Shown: one piece after another, positions 8,039 to 16,768 of the stretch
Numbering within the stretch: the stretch's first letter is position 1
How the letters are laid out: each line of letters begins with the position of its first letter
Assembly (NCBI GenBank): GCA_035643935.1
Contig: DASQPM010000132.1
Coordinates: 1-34,521 of the forward strand
DNA: 34,521 nucleotides
Source: Pyrinomonadaceae bacterium
GTDB lineage: Bacteria; Acidobacteriota; Blastocatellia; Pyrinomonadales; Pyrinomonadaceae
Direction: 5' to 3'
Made by a program: the position numbers and the translations under genes
The notes under the pieces: model-generated
Seen by the model: only the letters and a program-made list of their open reading frames with translations
Told to the model about the DNA's origin: nothing
Database searches by the model: none

Positions 8039-9622
8039 ATGGCAACTTACGACATCATCATCATCGGCGCCGGTCACAACGGTTTAGTGGCGGCCTATTA
8101 TCTAGCCAAAGCAGGACTGAGAACGCTGGTGCTGGAGCGGCGCGAGATAATCGGCGGCGGATCGGTCACAGAAGAATTTCATCCCGGCTTTCGTTGTTCG
8201 ACGCTTGCCGGCAGTCCCGGGCCACTGCTGCCTCAAATCAGCAAAGACTTCCAACTCGAACGCCGTGGTGTCGAGTTCATTACACCCGACGTTCGTGTGT
8301 GGGCGCCCAACACGAACGGTAATTCAATTTGCATTTATGAAGACACAAAGCGAACGGCAGATGAGCTAAGAAAAACAAGCAGCAGCGACGCCGAGCGCTA
8401 TCCGGAATTCATTTCCACTTTTGCGCGCATCGGCGGCGCGTTAGCGCCTGTGCTCACGATGACGCCACCCGACATTGAAGATCTTTCGCCGAGCGAAGTC
8501 TGGCAGCTCGGCAAACTTGGGTGGGCCATCCGCGGGCTCGGTAAGAGAGATGAATATCGCCTGTTGCGTTATGGACCGATGGCGGTGGCCGATCTCGCAG
8601 CGGAGTGGTTTGAAACGGAAAGTTTGCGCGCACTCGTCGCTGCCCATGGAATTTCAGGCGCCTTTGCTGGTCCATGGTCGGCAGGCACAAGCGTTACTGT
8701 CTTGCTGCAAGCGGCAAATGGCGGTAATCCATTCGCGCCGTCCATATTGGTGAAAGGCGGCATGGGCGCACTCACCAATGCGTTGGCGCAAGCTGCAACG
8801 GAAGCGGGTGCAGAAATTCGCACGGGCGTCGAGGTTGTGAATGTTCAAATCAAAGATGGTCGAGCCGCGGGTGTTGTACTAACAGGCGGGGAGGAGCTTC
8901 CCGCATGGACCACAGTTTCCGCTCACGATCCCGGTATTACGGTCCTGGAGTTGCTTGACCCAGGCGAACTTGAACCGAGTTATCGCAACCACATGCAAAA
9001 CTATCGCGCGCATGGCACGGTGGCAAAAGTTCAGCTTGCGCTTTCGGCATTACCGGAGTTCGTGGGACTAACTGAGAACACGAAAGATAAACTGTCGGGC
9101 CGCATTCACATTGGTCCCGAAATTGACTACCTCGAACGCGCCTTTGACGCAGCCAAATATGGTGACATCTCGCCGCAACCGTACCTGGATATTCGCATTC
9201 CCTCGTTGCGCGATCCAACGCTCGCGCCTGATGGCGCACATGTGATGTCGATTCATGCGCAATTCGCGCCTTATCAGCTAAAGGATGGGGATTGGAATGT
9301 CCGGCGCGAAGAGCTTGGCGACATCGTCGTAAACACATTATCGGACTACGCGCCGAACGTGCGCAATCTGATTGTGGGCCGGCAGGTAATCACACCGCTT
9401 GATCTTGAAAATACTTATGGCTTAAGAGGCGGCCATATTCATCACGGTGAACAATCACTCGATCAGTTTTTCGCATTTCGGCCGTTGATCGGCTGGGCCC
9501 AGTATCGCACGCCCATCAAAGGCCTTTATCTATGCAGCGCGGGCACGCATCCGGGTGGCGGCATTACAGGCGGGCCAGGGGCGAATGCGGCACGCGAAAT
9601 AGTCAAAGATTTCAGGAAATAA
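8039..9622 (+). CDS. FAD-dependent oxidoreductase, phytoene-desaturase-related (CrtI/COG1233, PYROXD2-like), paralog 2
   Basis: It has [13 protein letters not shown] immediately after the ATG at 8039; the track start at 8027 is a TTG. The C-terminal motif is [20 protein letters not shown]. It is collinear with paralog 1 along its whole length ([40 protein letters not shown] and others). Confidence 0.85.
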   Translation: MATYDIIIIGAGHNGLVAAYYLAKAGLRTLVLERREIIGGGSVTEEFHPGFRCSTLAGSPGPLLPQISKDFQLERRGVEFITPDVRVWAPNTNGNSICIYEDTKRTADELRKTSSSDAERYPEFISTFARIGGALAPVLTMTPPDIEDLSPSEVWQLGKLGWAIRGLGKRDEYRLLRYGPMAVADLAAEWFETESLRALVAAHGISGAFAGPWSAGTSVTVLLQAANGGNPFAPSILVKGGMGALTNALAQAATEAGAEIRTGVEVVNVQIKDGRAAGVVLTGGEELPAWTTVSAHDPGITVLELLDPGELEPSYRNHMQNYRAHGTVAKVQLALSALPEFVGLTENTKDKLSGRIHIGPEIDYLERAFDAAKYGDISPQPYLDIRIPSLRDPTLAPDGAHVMSIHAQFAPYQLKDGDWNVRREELGDIVVNTLSDYAPNVRNLIVGRQVITPLDLENTYGLRGGHIHHGEQSLDQFFAFRPLIGWAQYRTPIKGLYLCSAGTHPGGGITGGPGANAAREIVKDFRK

Positions 9623-9700
9623 CCGGTAAGTGCAGGACTCGCAGGATCGCTTCTTCCTTCTCAAGAAGCAGTGTTATTGTAAGAACTGCGGAGAAACCTA

Positions 9701-9907
9701 ATGGCAATATCAACCGAAGATGAAAAGTTAAAAGAACTGGTAAAAGCGGCCGTGATCGACGTGCTTGAAGAGCGGCGGGATTTCGTTAAGGACATCTTAG
9801 TAGAGGCAATTGAGGATCTGGCACTCGATAAGGCGATCACTCAAGGGCTCACTAGCGATCCCATTTCACGCGACGAGGTCTTCGAGCTTCTGGAAAAAGC
9901 ACCGTGA
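9701..9907 (+). CDS. Putative type II antitoxin (68 aa, acidic, helical)
   Basis: A GGAGA Shine-Dalgarno sequence lies 7 nt upstream. Its TGA stop overlaps the GTG start of the downstream RelE/ParE-like gene (GTGA), the classic toxin-antitoxin coupling. I do not recognise a specific family signature. Confidence 0.6.
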   Translation: MAISTEDEKLKELVKAAVIDVLEERRDFVKDILVEAIEDLALDKAITQGLTSDPISRDEVFELLEKAP

Positions 9908-10169
9908 CTGCCTCATTCCGAAGCAGCTTTGCCAGGGATTTGAGCCGTATCACGGACAAGAGTTTATTAAAGCGTGTAAAAGAATCTATTGAAGCTGTCG
10001 AGCGCGCCAAATCAATAAGCGACCTGCCAAATCACAAGAAACTCAAAGTAGCAAGAATTATTATCGCCTTCGAATCGGCGACTACCGCATCGGTTTGGCA
10101 ATCGAAGGGGACAATGTCGTGTTTGTTCGGTTCTTGAACCGCAAAGAAATTTACAGATACTTTCCGTAA
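9904..10169 (+). pseudogene. RelE/ParE-family type II toxin, interrupted by a 1-nt frameshift near 10047
   Basis: Frame 1 (9904..10137) reads MTASFRSSFARDLSRITDKSLLKRVKESIEAVERAKSISDLPNHKKLK and then degenerates. The -1 frame continues SSKNYYRLRIGDYRIGLAIEGDNVVFVRFLNRKEIYRYFP* (stop 10167-10169). That is the conserved RelE/ParE core (KLKG..NYYRxRIGDYRI......V.V..hRKEIY). Confidence 0.75.
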
Positions 10170-10188
10170 GCTTGCCTTAGGATATAGG

Positions 10189-11226
10189 ATGCCTAACGTC
10201 TCAAAGCGCAGCTTTGCCAGTGACAACAACGCCGGCGTTCACCCGCGCGTGATGCAGGCGATCGCTGCCGCCAACGACGGCCACGTGATTGCCTATGGCG
10301 ACGACCCTTACACTGCGCGAGCGCTGGAGAAGTTTCATGAGCACCTGGGGAGAGATGTAGAGGTCTTTTTTGTTTTCGGCGGCACGGGCGCGAATGTGCT
10401 GGGACTTAAGGCAATAACGCAGTCGCATCAGGCCATCATTTGTGCCGAAACGGCACACATCAACGTCGATGAATGTGGTGCGCCGGAAAAATTCACCGGC
10501 TGCAAGTTGCTTCCCGTTGCAACGCCCGATGGAAAAATCAGGATCGAACAAATCAAGCCGCTGCTTCACGGCATCGGCTTTGAGCATCACGTTCAGCCCC
10601 GGGTGGTTTCAATTTCACAGGCGACCGAAATGGGCACCGTCTACACGCAGCGCGAAATGAAAGCGCTGGCCAGCTTTGCGCACGATCACGACATGCTGCT
10701 GCACGTTGACGGTGCGCGCATCGCAAACGCTGCCACCAGTCTCAACGTCAAACTAAAAGCAATCACGAGAGATGCCGGCGTGGACGTGCTTTCGTTTGGT
10801 GGCGCGAAAAACGGAATGATGTATGGCGAGGCGGTTGTTTTTTTCGATAAGACGCTGGCGAAAGATTTTAAGTATACGCGCAAGCAGGGCACGCACCTGC
10901 CTTCAAAGATGCGCTACATTTCTGCGCAGTTTGAGGCCTTGCTGACTGGTGATTTGTGGCATGCGAATGCGCAGCACGCCAATCGTATGGCCCAACTGCT
11001 GGCTCAGGAGCTTGGCAGAATCCCACAGTTCAAGATCACGCAGAAGGTAGAAGCCAACGGCGTCTTTGCGGTTGTGCCAAAGAAATATATCGCGAAACTT
11101 CAGAAGAAATATTTCTTCTACGTTTGGAACGAAGAGACGTCTGAAGTCAGATTGATGACTTCGTTTGACACAACTGAAGAGGACATTAAGGATTTTATTT
11201 CATTGGTACGAAAGACGCTGGCGTAA
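10189..11226 (+). CDS. ltaE: Low-specificity threonine aldolase / beta-eliminating lyase family (PLP-dependent)
   Basis: The N-terminus is SFASDNNAGVHPRVMQAIAAANDGHVIAYGDDPYT. The PLP-lysine region is SFGGAKNGMMYGEAVVFF. Length is 345 aa. The symbol is a family-level guess. Confidence 0.8.
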   Translation: MPNVSKRSFASDNNAGVHPRVMQAIAAANDGHVIAYGDDPYTARALEKFHEHLGRDVEVFFVFGGTGANVLGLKAITQSHQAIICAETAHINVDECGAPEKFTGCKLLPVATPDGKIRIEQIKPLLHGIGFEHHVQPRVVSISQATEMGTVYTQREMKALASFAHDHDMLLHVDGARIANAATSLNVKLKAITRDAGVDVLSFGGAKNGMMYGEAVVFFDKTLAKDFKYTRKQGTHLPSKMRYISAQFEALLTGDLWHANAQHANRMAQLLAQELGRIPQFKITQKVEANGVFAVVPKKYIAKLQKKYFFYVWNEETSEVRLMTSFDTTEEDIKDFISLVRKTLA

Positions 11227-11367
11227 GAGCGGGGGGTAAACCACCCTTCCTGACCTGCGAGGTCCTTCAGGTTTTCGGCAAGTCCGTTGGTGGAGAGCCT
11301 TTCAACCTTGAGTCGAGCATCCAAACAAACCCAGCTCATGGTTGGGAAGGGTGGGTTTACCCCCGCC
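11227..11367. repeat. MITE-like palindromic element, family A copy 1 (GCGGGGGTAAACCACCCTTCC terminal inverted repeats)
   Basis: The left end is GAGCGGGGGGTAAACCACCCTTCC (11227-11250). The right end is GGGAAGGGTGGGTTTACCCCCGCC (11344-11367). The interior is about 93 bp. The element fills the gap between the convergent ltaE-like and zinc-ribbon genes. Related copies lie at 16751-16921 and 26530-26640. Confidence 0.8.
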
Positions 11368-11382
11368 GAAGTTTCGATTTGC

Positions 11383-12114
11383 TCAACTCAACAGAAACTT
11401 TAATAACCCTTGTGCCGAGGCAATCGCCGGAATTCGATGGTCATCCACGTCGTGGCCAGTGAGTATCGAGCGCCGCGCTTCAACTCTTTGCTGCTCGAGC
11501 AGTTTCAAGCGTTCTTCCTTGATGTCTTCCTTTTCACGGTTGCGTGATTCTTCCAATCCGCCGCCGCGTATGAATTCGACGATGCGGCTGAGCTCATCGC
11601 GATCGAACCACGTACCATGACCCTTGCAAACATCCACGATCACGCCCGAGCAGCGCGCAAAATTAATTCGATTCATTAACTGTGAACACTGCGGGCAGGG
11701 TACGTAGTTGACCTTACTCGTTTCGCGCACGGCGTGGGACGGCGCCGGCGATGCGGTTCCCAAGACCGCAGATTGTTGCTCGCGGTCGGCACAGATCTTT
11801 TCAAACGCCGCGACGTTGAGCCAAAGCCCGAGGCACTGCTCGCATTCACTAACAGTGGTTGAGCCGATAACAACTGATTTCATCTGGACCTTGCATCGCG
11901 GACATTTAGTTTCTTCAGCCGCGCTCGTGGTTGGAACCACGGCCGCAGCGCCACAACGCGGACAGTGTTTGCTGCCAACGAAGATCATGCCAAAGCACGA
12001 AGGACAGGCAACGGTCGCCAGTCGTGAACCGCAAAAACGGCACAGCGGTTCATCTGTTGCCGTCGCGGCGCCGCAGTTTGGACAGTTGAGTGTTTCGGCT
12101 TGCATCAGCTGCAT
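11383..12114 (-). CDS. Multi-zinc-ribbon protein (two N-terminal CxxC...CxxC ribbons plus two zf-TFIIB-like domains)
   Basis: The Cys pairs are CPNCGA..CRFCGS, CPSCFG..CPRCGA, CPRCKV...CEQCLGLWL and CPQCSQ...CKGHGTWFDRDEL. The last two match the 'transcription factor zinc-finger' (zf-TFIIB) pattern. The start is ambiguous: TTG at 12132, ATG at 12114 or ATG at 12105. Confidence 0.7.
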   Translation of the reverse strand: MQLMQAETLNCPNCGAATATDEPLCRFCGSRLATVACPSCFGMIFVGSKHCPRCGAAAVVPTTSAAEETKCPRCKVQMKSVVIGSTTVSECEQCLGLWLNVAAFEKICADREQQSAVLGTASPAPSHAVRETSKVNYVPCPQCSQLMNRINFARCSGVIVDVCKGHGTWFDRDELSRIVEFIRGGGLEESRNREKEDIKEERLKLLEQQRVEARRSILTGHDVDDHRIPAIASAQGLLKFLLS

Positions 12115-12190
12115 TCTAACAGCAGCGATCAAGCTAGACTATAGAGATTGCTTGTGACATTCTCAGCGGCAAAACTGGAGGTAAGAAATC

Positions 12191-12574
12191 ATGCGTAGAA
12201 TAATCTCCCTGGGATTTGTTCTCCTGGTTGCAGTTTCACAGACGATAATCGCTTCGACCGGCGTTTCAAGGGCCTTTCTTTCCGAGTTCGGCGCAAACTC
12301 TCGCGACGCCTTTTCGCAAAGCGATTCCGGAGTCCGCCATGGAAGGCGGCGGCGCGTGCGCGGTGACTTTGGCAGGCGCTGGCATCGCGGAATCAAGCAT
12401 GAGTACAAAGAGTCCGGCTTGAGCGTCGGCCATGGTGGCCGGCGTTTTGGCAAGCACATGAAACATGGCCGGCCGCTTCATGCGGGTGGAACATTCGGCC
12501 GCGGCATGGGTGGTTTCGGTAAACACTTTGGTAAAGGAACTGCCAGAGTTGGCAAACGAATCGTGAAACACTAA
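12191..12574 (+). CDS. Small secreted, very basic Gly/His/Arg/Lys-rich protein (127 aa)
   Basis: A GGAGG Shine-Dalgarno sequence lies 9 nt upstream of the ATG. The N-terminal signal peptide is MRRIISLGFVLLVAVSQTIIAS. The mature part carries degenerate repeats of the GxxFGKHxKHG type (GGRRFGKHMKHG, GGFGKHFGKG). Antisense ORFs 12163..12459 and 12266..12571 have no comparable signals. Confidence 0.6.
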   Translation: MRRIISLGFVLLVAVSQTIIASTGVSRAFLSEFGANSRDAFSQSDSGVRHGRRRRVRGDFGRRWHRGIKHEYKESGLSVGHGGRRFGKHMKHGRPLHAGGTFGRGMGGFGKHFGKGTARVGKRIVKH

Positions 12575-12577
12575 AAA

Positions 12578-12688
12578 GTAGGACAGGCTTTCCAGCGCTG
12601 TCCCTTAACTTCGCGTTTTCCCAATTAAGAATGGACAGACAGGGATGTCTGTCCTACAACAACAGACAGACAGGAATGTCTGTCCTAC
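12578..12688. repeat. Cluster of three REP-like hairpins, family C (GTAG-GGACAGxC-loop-GxCTGTCC)
   Basis: The units are GTAGGACAGgctttccagcgCTGTCC (12578-12603), GGACAGACagggatGTCTGTCCTAC (12633-12657) and GACAGACaggaatGTCTGTCCTAC (12664-12688). The same hairpin recurs at 19149-19173, 28055-28079 and 28097-28120. Confidence 0.8.
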
Positions 12689-12689
12689 T

Positions 12690-14237
12690 ATGAGCCAAAC
12701 GCTGGACGAAGCCGTTGAGGGATTCGAGCCATCACCCGAACTTGTTTCCGTGATGGCTGGATCGAGATTGCCGGCCATCCTCGGCCTGGACATCGGAACA
12801 TCTGGCGTGCGCGCCGCGCTGTTCGACGAAAAAGGCAGGGAGATTAGCGACGCCAGTGTTCGCGTCAAGTCCAGAACTCTAACGCTCGGCGCCGGCGCTT
12901 TTGTCGATCCCGACATATTGCTGGAGCAAGTTGCGCAAACGCTCGATGCCCTATTTGCAAAACTCTACGATCCAATTCACCGGATCGAACTAATCTCAGT
13001 ATCCTGCTTTTGGCACAGCCTGCTCGGCATTGACGATGCGGAACGTCCCACGACAGCGGTGCTGGGGTGGTCAGACACTCGCGCCGCTGCTGCAACGCAA
13101 CTTCTGAGAACAACGCTGGACGAAGCGAAGTTTCACGCGCGCACCGGTTGTCGCTTTCATCCCAGTTACTGGCCCGCCAAATTGCTGAGACTAAGAGATG
13201 AGGAACCCGAAACCTGGACCCGTACGACACGCTGGCTTTCTTTCTCGGAATATCTTGCGCTGAAATTCTTTGGGGAAACAGCAATCAGCGTTTCGATGGC
13301 TTCGGGCTCAGGTCTGCTCGATCAACGCACTTGCGAATGGGACATGGAATTGTTGCGCGCGCTTGACGTCCCCGGTGAGAAACTTCCCGAGGTCGCCACA
13401 GCGACGCGGACCTTTCAAAATCTCAACTACGAATACGCGGTGCGTTGGCCGCAATTGAGCGAAGCGCGCCTGGCTCCCGCTATCGGCGACGGCGCTGCTA
13501 ATAACCTCGGCGAGGGTTGCATGTCCGCCGAGGCCGTTGCATTAATGATCGGCACGTCAGGTGCGATGCGCGTGCTCATTGAAGACGCGCCACCGGACCA
13601 ACTTTCGCCGGCGCTGTGGTGCTATCGCGCGGATCGGAGGCGCATTGTAATTGGCGGAGCTTTGTCTGACGGCGGCAGCTTATACAACTGGATCAAGGAT
13701 TCAATGCTTTTCGGCGAGGACACGCAGTCAATCAATGACGAATTGCAGACCTTATCGCCGGACGGTCATGGCCTGACAGTCTTGCCATTTTGGTTGGGCG
13801 AAAGGAGTCCCGGTTGGAACACAAATGCACGCGGTGGAATTTTTGGGACGACACTTGCGACGCGCCCAATCGAAATTCTGCGCGCCGCAATGGAAGCCGT
13901 AGCCTATCGCTTCGCTTTAGTTGCAAATGCGCTCGAGCGTTTTGCGCCGGGTGCACGATTGGTCGCGTCCGGTCAGGCGCTACGATCGTCACCCACCTGG
14001 GCCCAAATCGTTGCCGATGTACTGGGGCGGCCTTTAGTCCTTTCGGAAATAACAGAAGCATCGACGCGAGGCGCCGCCTTGCTTGCGCTGGAAGCGAGGG
14101 GCAGAATAGACAGCATCAGCGACTTTCCTGTTGTAGCAGCAAGTAGTTTTGAACCCGACATGTCGTGTCACGAGCGATACCGGGAAGGTCTCAAACGCCA
14201 ACAGCAATTATACGACCGACTGATCGCAAAAAATTAG
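12690..14237 (+). CDS. FGGY-family carbohydrate kinase (gluconokinase-like)
   Basis: It has the FGGY N-terminal motif [19 protein letters not shown], plus [11 protein letters not shown] and the C-terminal [24 protein letters not shown]. The track start at 12645 lies inside a REP hairpin loop. I prefer ATG 12690, with ATG 12753 as an alternative. Confidence 0.85.
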   Translation: MSQTLDEAVEGFEPSPELVSVMAGSRLPAILGLDIGTSGVRAALFDEKGREISDASVRVKSRTLTLGAGAFVDPDILLEQVAQTLDALFAKLYDPIHRIELISVSCFWHSLLGIDDAERPTTAVLGWSDTRAAAATQLLRTTLDEAKFHARTGCRFHPSYWPAKLLRLRDEEPETWTRTTRWLSFSEYLALKFFGETAISVSMASGSGLLDQRTCEWDMELLRALDVPGEKLPEVATATRTFQNLNYEYAVRWPQLSEARLAPAIGDGAANNLGEGCMSAEAVALMIGTSGAMRVLIEDAPPDQLSPALWCYRADRRRIVIGGALSDGGSLYNWIKDSMLFGEDTQSINDELQTLSPDGHGLTVLPFWLGERSPGWNTNARGGIFGTTLATRPIEILRAAMEAVAYRFALVANALERFAPGARLVASGQALRSSPTWAQIVADVLGRPLVLSEITEASTRGAALLALEARGRIDSISDFPVVAASSFEPDMSCHERYREGLKRQQQLYDRLIAKN

Positions 14238-14254
14238 AAACGCAGGACGGTGAA

Positions 14255-16309
14255 ATGAGCACTCCAGTGCAACAGGAAAACAACCTACCGACACCCGACC
14301 TCGACAAACTATGCATCAACACCATTCGAGCACTTTCGCTTGACGCGGTACAAAAAGCGAATTCCGGCCATCCGGGTTTGCCCTTAGGCGCGGCGCCAAT
14401 GGCCTACGTGCTGTGGACGCGCTTCCTGCGTCACAATCCGAAAAACTCGAAGTGGGAAAATCGCGATCGATTCTTACTTTCTGCCGGACACGGCTCGATG
14501 TTGCTTTATTCGTTGCTATACCTCACCGGCTATGATCTTTCGCTGGATGAAATAAAGAGATTTCGCCAATTTGGATCGAAGACTCCCGGCCATCCTGAGT
14601 ATAGACTGACGCCCGGAGTTGAAATTACGACGGGTCCTTTGGGCCAGGGTTTCGCCAACGGCGTGGGCATGGCGATGGGCGCGGCGCACCTCGCCGCGAA
14701 GTTCAACAAAGAAAAGTTTTCACTGATCGATCATTATGTTTACGCGATTGTCTCTGACGGCGACTTGATGGAAGGCGTGGCTTCGGAAGCTGCGTCACTC
14801 GCCGGCCATCTTAAACTCGGCAAACTTATCTACCTGTACGACGATAACCATGTGACCATCGAAGGTTTTACTGACCTGGCCTTCAGTGAGGATGTGCCGA
14901 AACGCTTTGAAGCTTACGGCTGGCACACATTGACCGTGGCAGACGGCAACGATCTCGACTCTCTTGAGCAGGCCATTCGCGATGCGCAATCAGTCGGCAC
15001 TAAACCGTCATTGATTTCCGTGAAGACGACCATCGGTTACGGCATGCCGACCGCCGGAACACGCAAAGCCCACAGCGACGCACCCGGCGAGGACGCGGTA
15101 CGCGAAACCAAGCGACATCTGGGGTGGCCGGAAGACAAACAGTTCTATGTTCCCGACGAAGCGCTGGCCCATTTTCGTGAAGCGATTGAGCGCGGCGCGC
15201 AACAAGAAGCCGACTGGCGATCACTGGTAGAAAAGTTTGTACACGAGCATGCGGATTTGGGCCAACTATGGACCACCACGATCAAGGGCGAGCTGCCGGT
15301 GGATTGGGAGAAGCACTTGCCGGATTTCAAAGATGCCAAGGCGGTGGCGACGCGCGTCGCGAGTGGCGAAGTGATCAATGCACTCGCGCCGCACCTGCCG
15401 ATGCTGATTGGCGGCTCGGCCGACCTGGGCGTTTCCAACAATACCGATATCAAGGATGGTGGGAGTTTCGAAGCCGGCCAATACGATGGTCGCATTCTTC
15501 ATTTCGGTGTGCGCGAACATGCGATGGGTTCGACGTTAACTGGAATTTCATTGAACGGTGGTTTGATTCCCTATGGCGGCACGTTCCTGACGTTTTCGGA
15601 TTATATGCGTCCAGCAATTCGGCTGGCGGCACTTTCCGAAGTCCAGGTTATTTACGTTTTCACGCACGATTCGATTGGTCTTGGCGAAGATGGTCCAACA
15701 CATCAACCGATCGAACACCTGGCAGCCTTGCGCGCGATTCCGCATCTGTTCGTCATTCGCCCTGCTGATCCAGCAGAAGTTGCCGAGGCCTGGCGCATTG
15801 CAATCCTGCGACGGAATGCACCCACGGCGCTGGCGCTGACACGGCAGAAGGTCGGCCTGATCGATCGCACGCGTTTTGCAAAAGCTGAAGGCTTACGGCG
15901 CGGCGGATACACTCTTGCGGAGTGGGACAGACTTTCCAGTCTGTCCGGTGACGCGGAGACAACGCCGCGCTTGATCCTGATCGCCACTGGCTCGGAAGTT
16001 TCGCTGGCGCTTGAAGCGCGCGAGAAACTGCAAAGCGAAGGCATCGACACGCGCGTCGTTTCAATGCCTTGCGTGGAACTCTTTGAAGAGCAGCCGGAAA
16101 ATTATCGCAACGAAATTCTGCCGCCGGCAGTAACTGCTCGACTCGCCATCGAAGCGGGCGTGCGACAAGGTTGGGACCGTTATGTTGGCCCGCGAGGCGA
16201 TGTGATTTGTCTTGATCGTTTTGGGGCATCTTCGCCCGGGGACGTGGCCATGCGCGAGTTGGGCTTTAATCTGGAAAATGTTTTGCAACATGCCCGCGCT
16301 TTAATCTAA
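14255..16309 (+). CDS. tkt: Transketolase
   Basis: The N-terminus is [29 protein letters not shown]. The ThDP motif region is [38 protein letters not shown], and [26 protein letters not shown] is also present. The ATG at 14255 gives about 684 aa; the track start at 14165 is a GTG that overlaps the kinase gene. Confidence 0.95.
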   Translation: MSTPVQQENNLPTPDLDKLCINTIRALSLDAVQKANSGHPGLPLGAAPMAYVLWTRFLRHNPKNSKWENRDRFLLSAGHGSMLLYSLLYLTGYDLSLDEIKRFRQFGSKTPGHPEYRLTPGVEITTGPLGQGFANGVGMAMGAAHLAAKFNKEKFSLIDHYVYAIVSDGDLMEGVASEAASLAGHLKLGKLIYLYDDNHVTIEGFTDLAFSEDVPKRFEAYGWHTLTVADGNDLDSLEQAIRDAQSVGTKPSLISVKTTIGYGMPTAGTRKAHSDAPGEDAVRETKRHLGWPEDKQFYVPDEALAHFREAIERGAQQEADWRSLVEKFVHEHADLGQLWTTTIKGELPVDWEKHLPDFKDAKAVATRVASGEVINALAPHLPMLIGGSADLGVSNNTDIKDGGSFEAGQYDGRILHFGVREHAMGSTLTGISLNGGLIPYGGTFLTFSDYMRPAIRLAALSEVQVIYVFTHDSIGLGEDGPTHQPIEHLAALRAIPHLFVIRPADPAEVAEAWRIAILRRNAPTALALTRQKVGLIDRTRFAKAEGLRRGGYTLAEWDRLSSLSGDAETTPRLILIATGSEVSLALEAREKLQSEGIDTRVVSMPCVELFEEQPENYRNEILPPAVTARLAIEAGVRQGWDRYVGPRGDVICLDRFGASSPGDVAMRELGFNLENVLQHARALI

Positions 16310-16312
16310 TCA

Positions 16313-16768
16313 ATGCGAATTGCTATTGGCGCCGACCATGGAGGTTATCCGCTTAACGAGCGCGTCATTGAGGAGCTGCGCGGCGCCGGTCACGAGATTA
16401 CTGATTTTGGCACGCATGACGGCTCTCAGCCTGATGACTATCCTGATTACGCATTGAAAGTCGGCCAGGCTGTACAAAACAGCGACGCTGAGATTGGCAT
16501 TCTGATCTGCGGCAGCGGCGTCGGCGCCGCGGTCGCCGCGAACAAACTCAACGGCATCCGCGCTGCGCTCTGTGGCGACACCTACTCTGGTCACCAATCA
16601 CGCGAACATGACGATTGCAATGTGCTTTGTTTAGGCGCGCGCGTCGTAGGTGAGGAGCTTGCGCTTGATATCGTGCGTGCCTTCGTGGCCGCACGCTTTA
16701 CAGGAGAAGAACGTCATCGCAGACGATTGGAAAAGATCGTGGCAATTGAAAAGAAAGAGCGGGGGTAA
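16313..16768 (+). CDS. rpiB: Ribose-5-phosphate isomerase B (RpiB/LacA/LacB family)
   Basis: It reads MRIAIGADHGGYPL...ILICGSGVGAAVAANKLNGIRAALCGDTYSGHQSREHDDCNVLCLGARVVG. The gene starts 3 nt after the tkt stop. Its last codons and stop lie inside the family A repeat. Confidence 0.92.
   Translation: MRIAIGADHGGYPLNERVIEELRGAGHEITDFGTHDGSQPDDYPDYALKVGQAVQNSDAEIGILICGSGVGAAVAANKLNGIRAALCGDTYSGHQSREHDDCNVLCLGARVVGEELALDIVRAFVAARFTGEERHRRRLEKIVAIEKKERG

Noticed and set aside
9623-9700. The hairpin GCTTCTTccttctcAAGAAGC after the second CrtI-like gene, as a possible terminator.
   Set aside because: It has a 7-bp AT-rich stem and no following U-tract, which is too weak to call.
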